A stretch of DNA of 17,300 bases from a virus (Duplodnaviria; Heunggongvirae; Uroviricota; Caudoviricetes). Location: positions 1 to 17,300 of the IMG/VR virus record IMGVR_UViG_2541047802_000012; one strand, 5' to 3'. Below, in pieces: positions 7,710 to 15,929 of the stretch; the stretch's first letter is position 1; each line of letters begins with the position of its first letter. The translations under genes were made by a program, and so were the position numbers. The notes under the pieces were generated by a model. The model had not been told where the DNA came from. It searched no databases and saw only the letters and a list, made by a program, of their open reading frames with translations.

Positions 7710-8453
7710 ATGACACAGACAGAATCAGCGATTCTGGCGCACGCCCGGCGATGTGCGCCAGCGGAGTCGTGCGGCTTCGTGGTGAGAGCGCCGGAGGGGG
7801 AAAGATATTTTCCCTGCGTGAATATTTCCGGTGAGCCGGAGGATTATTTCCGGATGGCTCCGGAGGACTGGCTGCAGGCAGAGATGCAGGGTGAGATTGT
7901 GGCGCTGGTCCACAGCCACCCCGGTGGTCTGCCCTGGCTGAGTGAGGCTGACCGGCGGCTGCAGGTGCAGAGTGATTTGCCGTGGTGGCTGGTCTGCCGG
8001 GGGGCGATTCACAAGTTCCGCTGTGTGCCGCATCTCACCGGGCGGCGCTTTGAGCACGGGGTGACGGACTGTTACACGCTGTTCCGGGATGCTTATCATC
8101 TGGCGGGGATTGAGATGCCGGATTTTCATCGCGGGGATGACTGGTGGCGTAACGGTCAGAATCTCTATCTGGATAATCTGGAGGCCACAGGGCTGTATCA
8201 GGTGGCGTTGTCATCAGCACAACCGGGCGATGTGCTGCTGTGCTGTTTTGGTTCATCGGTGCCGAATCATGCCGCCATTTACTGCGGCGACGGTGAGCTG
8301 CTGCACCATATTCCTGAACAACTGAGTAAACGAGAGAGGTATACCGACAAATGGCAGCGACGCACACACTCCCTCTGGCGTCACCGGGCATGGCACGCAT
8401 CTGCCTTTACGGGGATTTACAACGATTTGGCCGCCGCATCGACCTTCGAGTGA
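7710..8453 (+). CDS. K: tail assembly protein K (N-terminal JAMM/MPN metalloprotease-like domain, C-terminal NlpC/P60-like domain)
   Basis: Starts MTQTESAILAHARRCAPAESCGFVV as in lambda K-region sequence. HSHPGGLPWLSEAD fits the JAMM motif HxHx7Sx2D, and TDCYTL with a downstream HAAIY fits the NlpC/P60 Cys and His positions. ATG 7710 is 5 nt after the L stop. Confidence 0.85.
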   Translation: MTQTESAILAHARRCAPAESCGFVVRAPEGERYFPCVNISGEPEDYFRMAPEDWLQAEMQGEIVALVHSHPGGLPWLSEADRRLQVQSDLPWWLVCRGAIHKFRCVPHLTGRRFEHGVTDCYTLFRDAYHLAGIEMPDFHRGDDWWRNGQNLYLDNLEATGLYQVALSSAQPGDVLLCCFGSSVPNHAAIYCGDGELLHHIPEQLSKRERYTDKWQRRTHSLWRHRAWHASAFTGIYNDLAAASTFE

Positions 8454-8998
8454 AAACGGGGTCTGAAGCCATCCGGGCGCTGGCCATGCAGATCCCGGCG
8501 TTTCGTCAGAAACTGAGCGACGGCTGGTACCAGGTACGCATTGCCGGGCGTGATGCAGGTGAAACCGAATTGTCTGCCCGTCTTAATGAGCCGCTGGCAA
8601 ATGGTGCCGTGATCCACATCGTGCCGCGTCTGGCGGGAGCTAAAAGTGGCGGTGTGTTTCAGGTGGTGCTGGGGGCGGCGCTGATTGCGGTGGCATGGTG
8701 GAACCCTGTGGGCTGGCTGGGTGCCGCGGCTGTATCGGGCATGTATGCGGCAGGGGCCAGTATGATCCTGGGCGGAGTGGCGCAGATGCTGGCACCGAAA
8801 GCCAGGACGCCCACGGCAGCAAGTACAGATAACGGCAAACAGAACACCTATTTCTCCTCACTGGATAACATGGTTGCCCAGGGCAATGTTCTGCCCGTTC
8901 TGTACGGTGAAATGCGCGTGGGGTCGCGGGTGGTCTCTCAGGAGATCAGCACGGCAGACGAAGGGGATGGTGGTCAGGTTGTAGTGATTGGTCGCTGA
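8351..8998 (+). CDS. I: tail assembly protein I
   Basis: MAATHTLPLASPGMARICLYGDLQRFGRRIDLRVKTG... and the C-terminal NGKQNTYFSSLDNMVAQGNVLPVLYGEMRVGSRVVSQEISTADEGDGGQVVVIGR match lambda gpI as I recall it. Begins 103 nt inside K in another frame, as in lambda. Confidence 0.85.
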   Translation: MAATHTLPLASPGMARICLYGDLQRFGRRIDLRVKTGSEAIRALAMQIPAFRQKLSDGWYQVRIAGRDAGETELSARLNEPLANGAVIHIVPRLAGAKSGGVFQVVLGAALIAVAWWNPVGWLGAAAVSGMYAAGASMILGGVAQMLAPKARTPTAASTDNGKQNTYFSSLDNMVAQGNVLPVLYGEMRVGSRVVSQEISTADEGDGGQVVVIGR

Positions 8999-9016
8999 TG
9001 AAAAACGTTTTATGTG

Positions 9017-9040
9017 AAACCGCCTCCGGGCGGTTTTGTC
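9017..9040 (+). terminator. hairpin (AAACCGCC-TCCG-GGCGGTTT) with a short interrupted T-tract between I and J; weak or partial terminator, or an mRNA structure
   Basis: Inverted repeat 9018-9024 / 9029-9035 read directly; the downstream TTGTCGTTT is only moderately U-rich. Confidence 0.3.
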
Positions 9041-9058
9041 GTTTATGGAGCGTTAGGA

Positions 9059-12000
9059 ATGGGTAAAGGCAGCAGTAAGGGGCATACTCCGCGCGAAGCG
9101 AAGGACAACCTGAAATCCACGCAGTTGCTGAGCGTGATAGACGCCATCAGTGAAGGGCCGATTGAAGGTCCGGTGGACGGATTAAAAAGTGTGCTGCTGA
9201 ACAGTACGCCAGTGCTGGACAGTGAGGGGAATACCAATATCTCCGGTGTCACGGTGGTTTTCCGGGCAGGTGAGCAGGAGCAGACACCGCCGGAGGGATT
9301 TGAATCCTCCGGCTCCGAGACGGTGCTGGGTACGGAAGTGAAGTACGACACGCCGATTACCCGGACCATCACGTCTGCAAACATCGACCGTCTGCGCTTT
9401 ACCTTCGGTGTGCAGGCACTGGTGGAAACCACCTCAAAGGGGGACCGGAATCCGTCGGAAGTCCGCCTGCTGGTTCAGATACAGCGTAATGGTGGCTGGG
9501 TGACGGAAAAAGACATCACCATTAAAGGCAAAACCACCTCACAGTATCTGGCATCGGTGGTGGTGGGTAACCTGCCGCCGCGCCCGTTCAATATCCGGAT
9601 GCGCAGGATGACGCCGGACAGCACCACAGACCAGCTGCAGAACAAAACGCTCTGGTCGTCATACACCGAAATCATCGATGTGAAACAGTGCTACCCGAAC
9701 ACGGCACTGGTCGGCGTACAGGTGGATTCGGAGCAGTTCGGCAGCCAGCAGGTGAGCCGTAATTATCATCTGCGCGGGCGTATTCTGCAGGTGCCGTCGA
9801 ACTATAACCCGCAGACGCGGCAATACAGCGGTATCTGGGACGGAACGTTTAAGCCGGCATACAGCAACAACATGGCCTGGTGTCTGTGGGATATGCTGAC
9901 CCACCCGCGCTACGGCATGGGGAAACGTCTTGGTGCGGCGGATGTGGACAAATGGGCGCTGTATGTCATCGGCCAGTACTGCGACCAGTCGGTGCCGGAC
10001 GGCTTTGGCGGCACGGAGCCGCGCATTACCTGTAATGCGTACCTGACCACACAGCGTAAGGCGTGGGATGTGCTCAGTGATTTCTGCTCGGCGATGCGCT
10101 GTATGCCGGTATGGAACGGGCAGACGCTGACGTTCGTGCAGGACCGACCATCAGATAAGGTGTGGACCTATAACCGCAGTAATGTGGTGATGCCGGATGA
10201 TGGCGCGCCGTTCCGCTACAGCTTCAGCGCCCTGAAAGACCGCCATAATGCCGTTGAGGTGAACTGGATTGACCCGGATAACGGCTGGGAGACGGCAACA
10301 GAGCTTGTGGAGGACACGCAGGCCATTGCCCGTTACGGTCGTAACGTCACGAAGATGGATGCTTTTGGCTGTACCAGCCGGGGGCAGGCACACCGCGCCG
10401 GGCTGTGGCTGATTAAAACAGAACTGCTGGAAACGCAGACCGTGGACTTCAGCGTGGGTGCCGAAGGGCTTCGCCATGTGCCGGGTGATGTTATTGAAAT
10501 CTGCGATGATGACTATGCGGGGATCAGCATCGGCGGGCGCGTGCTGGCTGTGAACAGCCAGACCCGGACGCTGACGCTCGACCGTGAAATCACGCTGCCA
10601 TCCTCCGGTACCACGCTGATAAGCCTGGTTGACGGTCAGGGTAATCCGGTCAGCGTGGAGGTCCAGTCCGTCACCGACGGCGTGAAGGTGAAAGTGAGCC
10701 GTGTTCCTGACGGCGTTGCTGAATACAGCGTGTGGGGGCTGAAGCTGCCGACGCTGCGCCAGCGCCTGTTCCGCTGCGTGAGTATCCGTGAGAACGACGA
10801 CGGCACGTATGCCATCACCGCCGTGCAGCATGTACCGGAAAAAGAGGCCATCGTGGATAACGGGGCGCACTTTGACGGCGACCAGAGCGGCACGGTGAAT
10901 GGTGTCACGCCGCCAGCGGTGCAGCACCTGACCGCCGAAGTCACCGCAGACAGCGGGGAATATCAGGTGCTGGCGCGCTGGGACACGCCGAAGGTGGTGA
11001 AGGGCGTGAGTTTCCTGCTTCGCCTGACCGTGGCAGCGGATGACGGCAGTGAGCTGCTGGTCAGCACGGCCCGGACGGCGGAAACCACATACCGCTTCAG
11101 GCAACTGGCGCTGGGGAACTACAGGCTGACAGTCCGGGCGGTAAATGCGTGGGGGCAGCAGGGCGATCCGGCGTCGGTATCGTTCCGGATTGCCGCACCG
11201 GCAGCACCGTCGAGGATTAAGCTGACGCCGGGCTATTTTCAGATAACCGCCACGCCGCATCTTGCGGTTTATGATCCGACGGTACAGTTTGAGTTCTGGT
11301 TCTCGGAAAAGCGGATTGCGGATATCAGGCAGGTTGAAACCACAGCCCGCTATCTTGGCACGGCGCTGTACTGGATAGCTGCCAGTATCAATATCAAGCC
11401 GGGCCATGATTATTATTTTTACGTTCGCAGTGTGAACACAGTCGGCAAATCGGCATTCATGGAGGCTGTCGGTCGGGCGAGCGATGATGCGGAAGGTTAC
11501 CTGGATTTTTTCAAAGGAGAAATCGGGAAAACACATCTGGCCCAGGAGCTGTGGACGCAGATTGATAACGGTCAGCTTGCGCCGGACCTGGCTGAAATCA
11601 GGACGTCCATTACGAATGTCAGCAATGAAATCACGCAGACCGTCAATAAAAAACTGGAAAATCAGAGTGCGGCAATCCAGCAGATACAGAAAGTTCAGGT
11701 TGATACAAATAATAACCTGAACAGCATGTGGGCTGTGAAGCTGCAGCAGATGCAGGACGGACGCCTTTATATCGCGGGTATTGGTGCCGGTATTGAGAAC
11801 ACCCCCGACGGTATGCAGAGTCAGGTGCTGCTGGCGGCAGACAGGATTGCGATGATTAATCCTGCGAATGGCAACACAAAGCCGATGTTTGTTGGGCAGG
11901 GCGATCAGATATTCATGAACGAAGTGTTCCTGAAATATCTGACGGCTCCCACCATTACCAGCGGCGGTAATCCTCCGGCATTTTCCCTGACACCGGACGG

Positions 12001-12538
12001 GCGGCTGACGGCGAAAAATGCCGATATCAGCGGTAACGTGAATGCGAACTCCGGGACGCTCAACAACGTCACGATTAACGAGAACTGCCGGGTTCTGGGA
12101 AAACTGTCCGCGAACCAGATTGAAGGCGATCTCGTTAAAACAGTGGGCAAAGCTTTCCCCCGGGACTCCCGTGCACCGGAACGGTGGCCATCAGGGACCA
12201 TTACCGTCAGGATTTATGACGATCAGCCGTTTGACCGGCAGATTGTTATTCCGGCGGTGGCATTCAGCGGCGCTAAACATGAGAAAGAGCATACTGATAT
12301 TTACTCCTCATGCCGTCTGATAGTGCGGAAAAACGGTGCTGAAATTTATAACCGTACCGCGCTGGATAATACGCTGATTTACAGTGGCGTTATTGATATG
12401 CCTGCCGGTCACGGTCACATGACACTGGAGTTTTCGGTGTCAGCATGGCTGGTAAATAACTGGTATCCCACAGCAAGTATCAGCGATTTGCTGGTTGTGG
12501 TGATGAAGAAAGCCACTGCAGGCATCACGATTAGCTGA
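9059..12538 (+). CDS. J: tail tip central fibre / host specificity protein J, with divergent C-terminal receptor-binding region
   Basis: From [54 protein letters not shown] onward it follows lambda gpJ closely for roughly 800 residues, including the FN3-like region ([27 protein letters not shown]). The last ~330 aa diverge. The ORF track's 9014 start is a GTG extension running through the hairpin. Confidence 0.9.
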   Translation: MGKGSSKGHTPREAKDNLKSTQLLSVIDAISEGPIEGPVDGLKSVLLNSTPVLDSEGNTNISGVTVVFRAGEQEQTPPEGFESSGSETVLGTEVKYDTPITRTITSANIDRLRFTFGVQALVETTSKGDRNPSEVRLLVQIQRNGGWVTEKDITIKGKTTSQYLASVVVGNLPPRPFNIRMRRMTPDSTTDQLQNKTLWSSYTEIIDVKQCYPNTALVGVQVDSEQFGSQQVSRNYHLRGRILQVPSNYNPQTRQYSGIWDGTFKPAYSNNMAWCLWDMLTHPRYGMGKRLGAADVDKWALYVIGQYCDQSVPDGFGGTEPRITCNAYLTTQRKAWDVLSDFCSAMRCMPVWNGQTLTFVQDRPSDKVWTYNRSNVVMPDDGAPFRYSFSALKDRHNAVEVNWIDPDNGWETATELVEDTQAIARYGRNVTKMDAFGCTSRGQAHRAGLWLIKTELLETQTVDFSVGAEGLRHVPGDVIEICDDDYAGISIGGRVLAVNSQTRTLTLDREITLPSSGTTLISLVDGQGNPVSVEVQSVTDGVKVKVSRVPDGVAEYSVWGLKLPTLRQRLFRCVSIRENDDGTYAITAVQHVPEKEAIVDNGAHFDGDQSGTVNGVTPPAVQHLTAEVTADSGEYQVLARWDTPKVVKGVSFLLRLTVAADDGSELLVSTARTAETTYRFRQLALGNYRLTVRAVNAWGQQGDPASVSFRIAAPAAPSRIKLTPGYFQITATPHLAVYDPTVQFEFWFSEKRIADIRQVETTARYLGTALYWIAASINIKPGHDYYFYVRSVNTVGKSAFMEAVGRASDDAEGYLDFFKGEIGKTHLAQELWTQIDNGQLAPDLAEIRTSITNVSNEITQTVNKKLENQSAAIQQIQKVQVDTNNNLNSMWAVKLQQMQDGRLYIAGIGAGIENTPDGMQSQVLLAADRIAMINPANGNTKPMFVGQGDQIFMNEVFLKYLTAPTITSGGNPPAFSLTPDGRLTAKNADISGNVNANSGTLNNVTINENCRVLGKLSANQIEGDLVKTVGKAFPRDSRAPERWPSGTITVRIYDDQPFDRQIVIPAVAFSGAKHEKEHTDIYSSCRLIVRKNGAEIYNRTALDNTLIYSGVIDMPAGHGHMTLEFSVSAWLVNNWYPTASISDLLVVVMKKATAGITIS

Positions 12539-12556
12539 ATTTTATAACCCAGATAC

Positions 12557-12584
12557 GGGCGCCAGAAATGGCGCCTTTTTTATT
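12557..12584 (+). terminator. intrinsic terminator after J (palindromic stem GGCGCC-AGAAAT-GGCGCC then TTTTTTATT)
   Basis: Perfect 6-bp GC stem at 12558-12563 / 12570-12575 followed by a T-run at 12576-12584. Confidence 0.6.
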
Positions 12585-12605
12585 GCAGAAAAGCGAGAGG
12601 TAATT

Positions 12606-13205
12606 ATGCGTACATTATGTGCTGTTATTTTGTCCGCAGTAGTCTGGCAGGTCGCCGCTGCTACGCCAGCGAGTGCAGCAGAACATCAGTCCACGCTGAG
12701 CGCGGGGTATCTCCATGCCTCGACGAACGTTCCCGGTAGTGATGATCTGAACGGGATTAACGTGAAATACCGTTATGAGTTTACGGACATGCTGGGTGTT
12801 GTGACGTCATTCAGTTATGCCAATGCCAAAGATGAGCAAAAAACGCATTACAGCGATACCCGCTGGCATGAAGATTCAGTGCGTAACCGCTGGTTCAGCG
12901 TGATGGCGGGGCCGTCTGTGCGCGTGAATGAATGGTTCAGCGCGTATGCGATGGCGGGTATGGCTTACAGCCGTGTTTCGACTTTCTCCGGAGATTATAT
13001 CCGCGTAACTGACAACAAGGGGAAAACGCACGATGTGCTGACCGGAAGTGATGACGGTCGCCACAGCAACACGTCTCTGGCGTGGGGGGCTGGCGTGCAG
13101 TTTAACCCGACCGAATCCGTGGCCATTGACCTTGCTTATGAAGGTTCCGGCAGTGGCGACTGGCGCACTGACGGTTTCATCGTGGGTGTCGGTTATAAAT
13201 TCTGA
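12606..13205 (+). CDS. lom: Lom-like outer membrane beta-barrel protein (Ail/Lom/PagC family), with signal peptide
   Basis: N-terminal signal peptide MRTLCAVILSAVVWQVAAATPASA. The C-terminal IDLAYEGSGSGDWRTDGFIVGVGYKF is identical to the lambda Lom C-terminus as I recall it, and GINVKYRYE matches the Ail/Lom family. GAGAGG Shine-Dalgarno upstream of ATG 12606. Confidence 0.85.
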   Translation: MRTLCAVILSAVVWQVAAATPASAAEHQSTLSAGYLHASTNVPGSDDLNGINVKYRYEFTDMLGVVTSFSYANAKDEQKTHYSDTRWHEDSVRNRWFSVMAGPSVRVNEWFSAYAMAGMAYSRVSTFSGDYIRVTDNKGKTHDVLTGSDDGRHSNTSLAWGAGVQFNPTESVAIDLAYEGSGSGDWRTDGFIVGVGYKF

Positions 13206-13231
13206 TTAGCCAGGTAACACAGTGTTATGAC

Positions 13232-13258
13232 AGCCCGCCGGTTCAGGCGGGCTTTTTT
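13232..13258 (+). terminator. intrinsic terminator after lom (AGCCCGCC-GGTTCA-GGCGGGCT then T6)
   Basis: 8-bp stem at 13232-13239 / 13246-13253 followed by TTTTTT; read directly. Confidence 0.65.
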
Positions 13259-13269
13259 GTGGAGTGGAT

Positions 13270-15648
13270 ATGGCAGCAGTAAAAATCTCAGGTGTGCTGA
13301 AAGATGGTGCGGGAAAACCAATACAGAACTGCACTATTCAACTGAAGGCAAAGCGTAACAGCACCACGGTACTGGTGAACACGGTGGCCTCTGAAAATCC
13401 GGATGAAGCCGGACGTTACAGCATGGATGTTGAGTATGGCCAGTACAGCGTCACCCTGCTGGTTGAAGGTTTTCCGCCTTCACATGCCGGGACCATTACC
13501 GTCTATGAAGGTTCCAGACCAGGTACGCTGAATGATTTTCTCGGTGCCATGACGGAAGATGATGTCATGCCGGAGGCATTGCGTCGTTTTGAGGCAATGG
13601 TGGAAGAAGTGGCACGCAACGCCGAAGCCGCCTCTCAGAGCGCAGCGGCGGCAAAGAAATCCGAAACTGCAGCGGCATCATCAAAGAACGCGGCGAAAAC
13701 CTCAGAAACGAATGCAGCTAATAGTGCACAGGCGGCAGCGACCTCAAAGACTGCATCGGCAAACTACGCGACAGCAGCCAAAAAATCAGAAACCAACGCG
13801 AAAAATAGCGAGACAGCCGCAAAGACGAGCGAAACCAACGCAAAGTCCAGCCAGACGGCAGCGAAGACCAGCGAAACGAATGCTAAAGCCAGTGAAACTG
13901 CAGCAAAAAACAGCCAGGTTTCAGCAGCCCAAAGCGAGAGTGCCGCTGCCGGTTCTGCGACTTCAGCTGCCGGATCAGCAACTGCTGCGGCTAACAGCCA
14001 GAAAGCTGCGAAGACGAGTGAAACTAACGCAAAGTCCAGCCAGACGGCAGCGAAGACCAGCGAAACGAATGCCAAAGCCAGTGAAACTGCGGCGAAAAGC
14101 AGTCAGGATGCAGCGGCCCAAAGCGAGAGTGCCGCAGCCAGTTCTGCAAGCGCGGCGGCTGCTTCTGCTACTGCATCAGCTAACAGTCAAAAAGCAGCAA
14201 AAACCAGTGAAACTAACGCAAAGGCGAGCGAAACAAAAGCAGCAGCCAGCGAGACAGAAGCAACGTCAGCCGCAACAAGAGCAGAGAATGCAGCCCGGAT
14301 TGCAGAAGATGCCGCTGATCCTGCTTCTGTCCCTCCGCTTCCTGATATCTGGCTACCCTTGAATGATTCTCTGGAAGCGATAACAGGGTATGCGCCGGGG
14401 TATAAAACAATAACCATCGGCAGCGATGAAATCACTGTGCCAGTTAATGGCATATGCCAATTTAGCCGGGCTTCATCTGCAACGTATATTGATAAGTCCG
14501 GGCATATTACCGTGGCAGGTAATAACGTTCCTCGTTTTGAAAAATATGGTTTGCTGATAGAGAATCAGCGAACAAACATGTTCGTAAATAGTTTTAATCC
14601 TGATGCGTGGAATAAAAGCGGTGGTATATCTGTAACATCATCAACAGATGAATTTGAGTTTAAATATGGACGTTTCACGGTAGGAAGCGATATAGCAGGA
14701 ACGACAACAGGGAGAAATATATGCACAGTTGCTGGTAACAAAGGCATAGATGTGACTGGCGATGATCAGTACAGTAAAGGTCCGTATGTTACCGCGTCGT
14801 TCAGGGTAAGAAGTGATCTCAATGTTCGCGCACGTATCCGTTTTGAACGGTATAACTCGGAAGGATACACCTTCCTTTGCGACGCCTATTTGTCATTACA
14901 GACCCATGAACTACAAATTACTGGTGGCAATGCCCAGCTATTAACAGCAAACTTTGAAATCGACCCTGGTAGTGGATGGATATATTTTCAGGCAACACTG
15001 AAATGTCTGCCAGAATGGGGAATGGTTGGTACGCAGCTGCAAATTGCAGCCGACAGAGCTGTGGGAGCTTTTGCAACAGGTGACTGGATAGAAGTAACCA
15101 CCCCGCAATTCGAGTATGGTGCTTGTGCAACTTCCTTCATCATAACGACAACAGAGCCAGCGACTCGTGCATCAGATTTATGTAAATTTCCGCTGATGAA
15201 AAATATGTATACCATGCCTTTTACGTTCATGGTGGAAGTCCATAAAAACTGGTTTATTTCTCATAATGCTGCACCGCGTGTCATTGATTCAGAAAATCAC
15301 CAGTCCGGAGGCCCATTTATTATGGGGTTTGGTTCTTCTGGAACTATCAGTCAGGACGGTTATTCGTATTGCGATATAGGCGGGGCTAACCGACGTGTAT
15401 ATGAATCATGCGGAGTAAGGGATCTCGTTATGGGATTCAGGGTTAAGGCTGACGGCATGACATGCTCATTTGCAAATAAGCATATAAGCGCTGAAACAAA
15501 AACAGTATGGAAATATATTCGTGAAGCAGCCGTGATTCGTATCGGGGGGCAAACGACGACAGGATTACGACACCTTAATGGTCATATAAAAAACCTCCGT
15601 TTCTGGAACAGAGCATTGTCAGATACGCAGCTTAAGGAATACGTATAA
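13270..15648 (+). CDS. stf: side tail fibre protein, Stf-like: lambda-like N-terminal attachment domain, Ala/Ser/Thr-rich repeat shaft, lectin-like (ConA/LamG-type) C-terminal tip
   Basis: MAAVKISGVLKDGAGKPIQNCTIQLKAKRNSTTV...YSMDVEYGQYSV...GFPPSHAGTITVYE matches the lambda Stf N-terminus as I recall it, with GGAG 6 nt upstream of ATG 13270. The C-terminus ends ...GHIKNLRFWNRALSDTQLKEYV, which fits the characteristic terminal motif of LamG-like jelly-roll domains (G.IDEVRIYNRALS..EI). Confidence 0.85.
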   Translation: MAAVKISGVLKDGAGKPIQNCTIQLKAKRNSTTVLVNTVASENPDEAGRYSMDVEYGQYSVTLLVEGFPPSHAGTITVYEGSRPGTLNDFLGAMTEDDVMPEALRRFEAMVEEVARNAEAASQSAAAAKKSETAAASSKNAAKTSETNAANSAQAAATSKTASANYATAAKKSETNAKNSETAAKTSETNAKSSQTAAKTSETNAKASETAAKNSQVSAAQSESAAAGSATSAAGSATAAANSQKAAKTSETNAKSSQTAAKTSETNAKASETAAKSSQDAAAQSESAAASSASAAAASATASANSQKAAKTSETNAKASETKAAASETEATSAATRAENAARIAEDAADPASVPPLPDIWLPLNDSLEAITGYAPGYKTITIGSDEITVPVNGICQFSRASSATYIDKSGHITVAGNNVPRFEKYGLLIENQRTNMFVNSFNPDAWNKSGGISVTSSTDEFEFKYGRFTVGSDIAGTTTGRNICTVAGNKGIDVTGDDQYSKGPYVTASFRVRSDLNVRARIRFERYNSEGYTFLCDAYLSLQTHELQITGGNAQLLTANFEIDPGSGWIYFQATLKCLPEWGMVGTQLQIAADRAVGAFATGDWIEVTTPQFEYGACATSFIITTTEPATRASDLCKFPLMKNMYTMPFTFMVEVHKNWFISHNAAPRVIDSENHQSGGPFIMGFGSSGTISQDGYSYCDIGGANRRVYESCGVRDLVMGFRVKADGMTCSFANKHISAETKTVWKYIREAAVIRIGGQTTTGLRHLNGHIKNLRFWNRALSDTQLKEYV
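13650..14260 (+). repeat. in-frame tandem direct repeats inside stf (about 189-bp unit, two near-identical copies plus partial copies; encodes reiterated K-T/S-SETNAK-A/S-S-E/Q-T-AAK motifs)
   Basis: The string gcaaagtccagccagacggcagcgaagaccagcgaaacgaatgc recurs near 13840 and near 14029 (offset 189 bp) with flanking similarity; the protein shows the corresponding repeated motif. Confidence 0.7.
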
Positions 15649-15917
15649 TGCGAGATATAACATTACGATTCGATAACAGAGAACAGTTTAACGCAATTGT
15701 ATATGACAGTGGCCTGTTCAGTCTTGAAGAAGAAAACGGGGTTCTTGTTGATGTTATTGGCTGCATTATCGATTACGAGGAGCCAGAAAACGAAAGATGT
15801 ACAGGCATTGATCGCGGTGGTTTTTTCGTAAACATGAGGATTGTTGATAGCAGTAAAAACATATCTTCTTTAATGCCTTTCATTACGACAGATCAGCATG
15901 TAAGGACATGGGCTTAA
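15648..15917 (+). CDS. hypothetical 89-aa acidic protein, first gene of a low-GC cassette
   Basis: ATG 15648 overlaps the stf stop (TAATG), with AAGGAA upstream. Visibly AT-rich relative to the tail genes. No family recognised. Confidence 0.5.
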   Translation: MRDITLRFDNREQFNAIVYDSGLFSLEEENGVLVDVIGCIIDYEEPENERCTGIDRGGFFVNMRIVDSSKNISSLMPFITTDQHVRTWA

Positions 15918-15929
15918 TGGAGTAAGACA

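Noticed and set aside
7001-7711. 236-aa minus-strand ORF spanning all of L
   Set aside because: Antisense to L, which is near-identical to lambda gpL; no independent support.
9014-9058. GTG-initiated extension of J from 9014
   Set aside because: It runs through the I-J intergenic hairpin; ATG 9059 matches the lambda J N-terminus MGKGSSKGH.
10151-11536. 461-aa ORF on the minus strand inside J
   Set aside because: It is entirely antisense to a strongly supported, lambda-like J coding sequence. Its translation is Arg/Pro/Gly/Ala/His/Cys-rich and low complexity, as expected for the reverse complement of GC-rich coding DNA, and it has no Shine-Dalgarno context I can see.
13764-14075. 103-aa minus-strand ORF (hydrophobic, Ala/Val/Phe/Leu-rich) in the stf repeats
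   Set aside because: Antisense shadow of the repeat region, with the same repeated structure mirrored.
13650-14260. Possibility that the repeats are a CRISPR array
   Set aside because: The repeats are in-frame coding sequence within an intact fibre ORF, are contiguous with no unique spacers, and have no cas genes nearby.
13559-14362. 267-aa + strand ORF rich in Arg/Gln/Pro/Lys overlapping the stf repeat region
   Set aside because: It is the +1 frame of the Ala/Ser/Thr-rich tandem repeats; the repeats keep an alternative frame open by chance, and the product is low complexity. The stf frame is supported by N-terminal similarity to lambda Stf.
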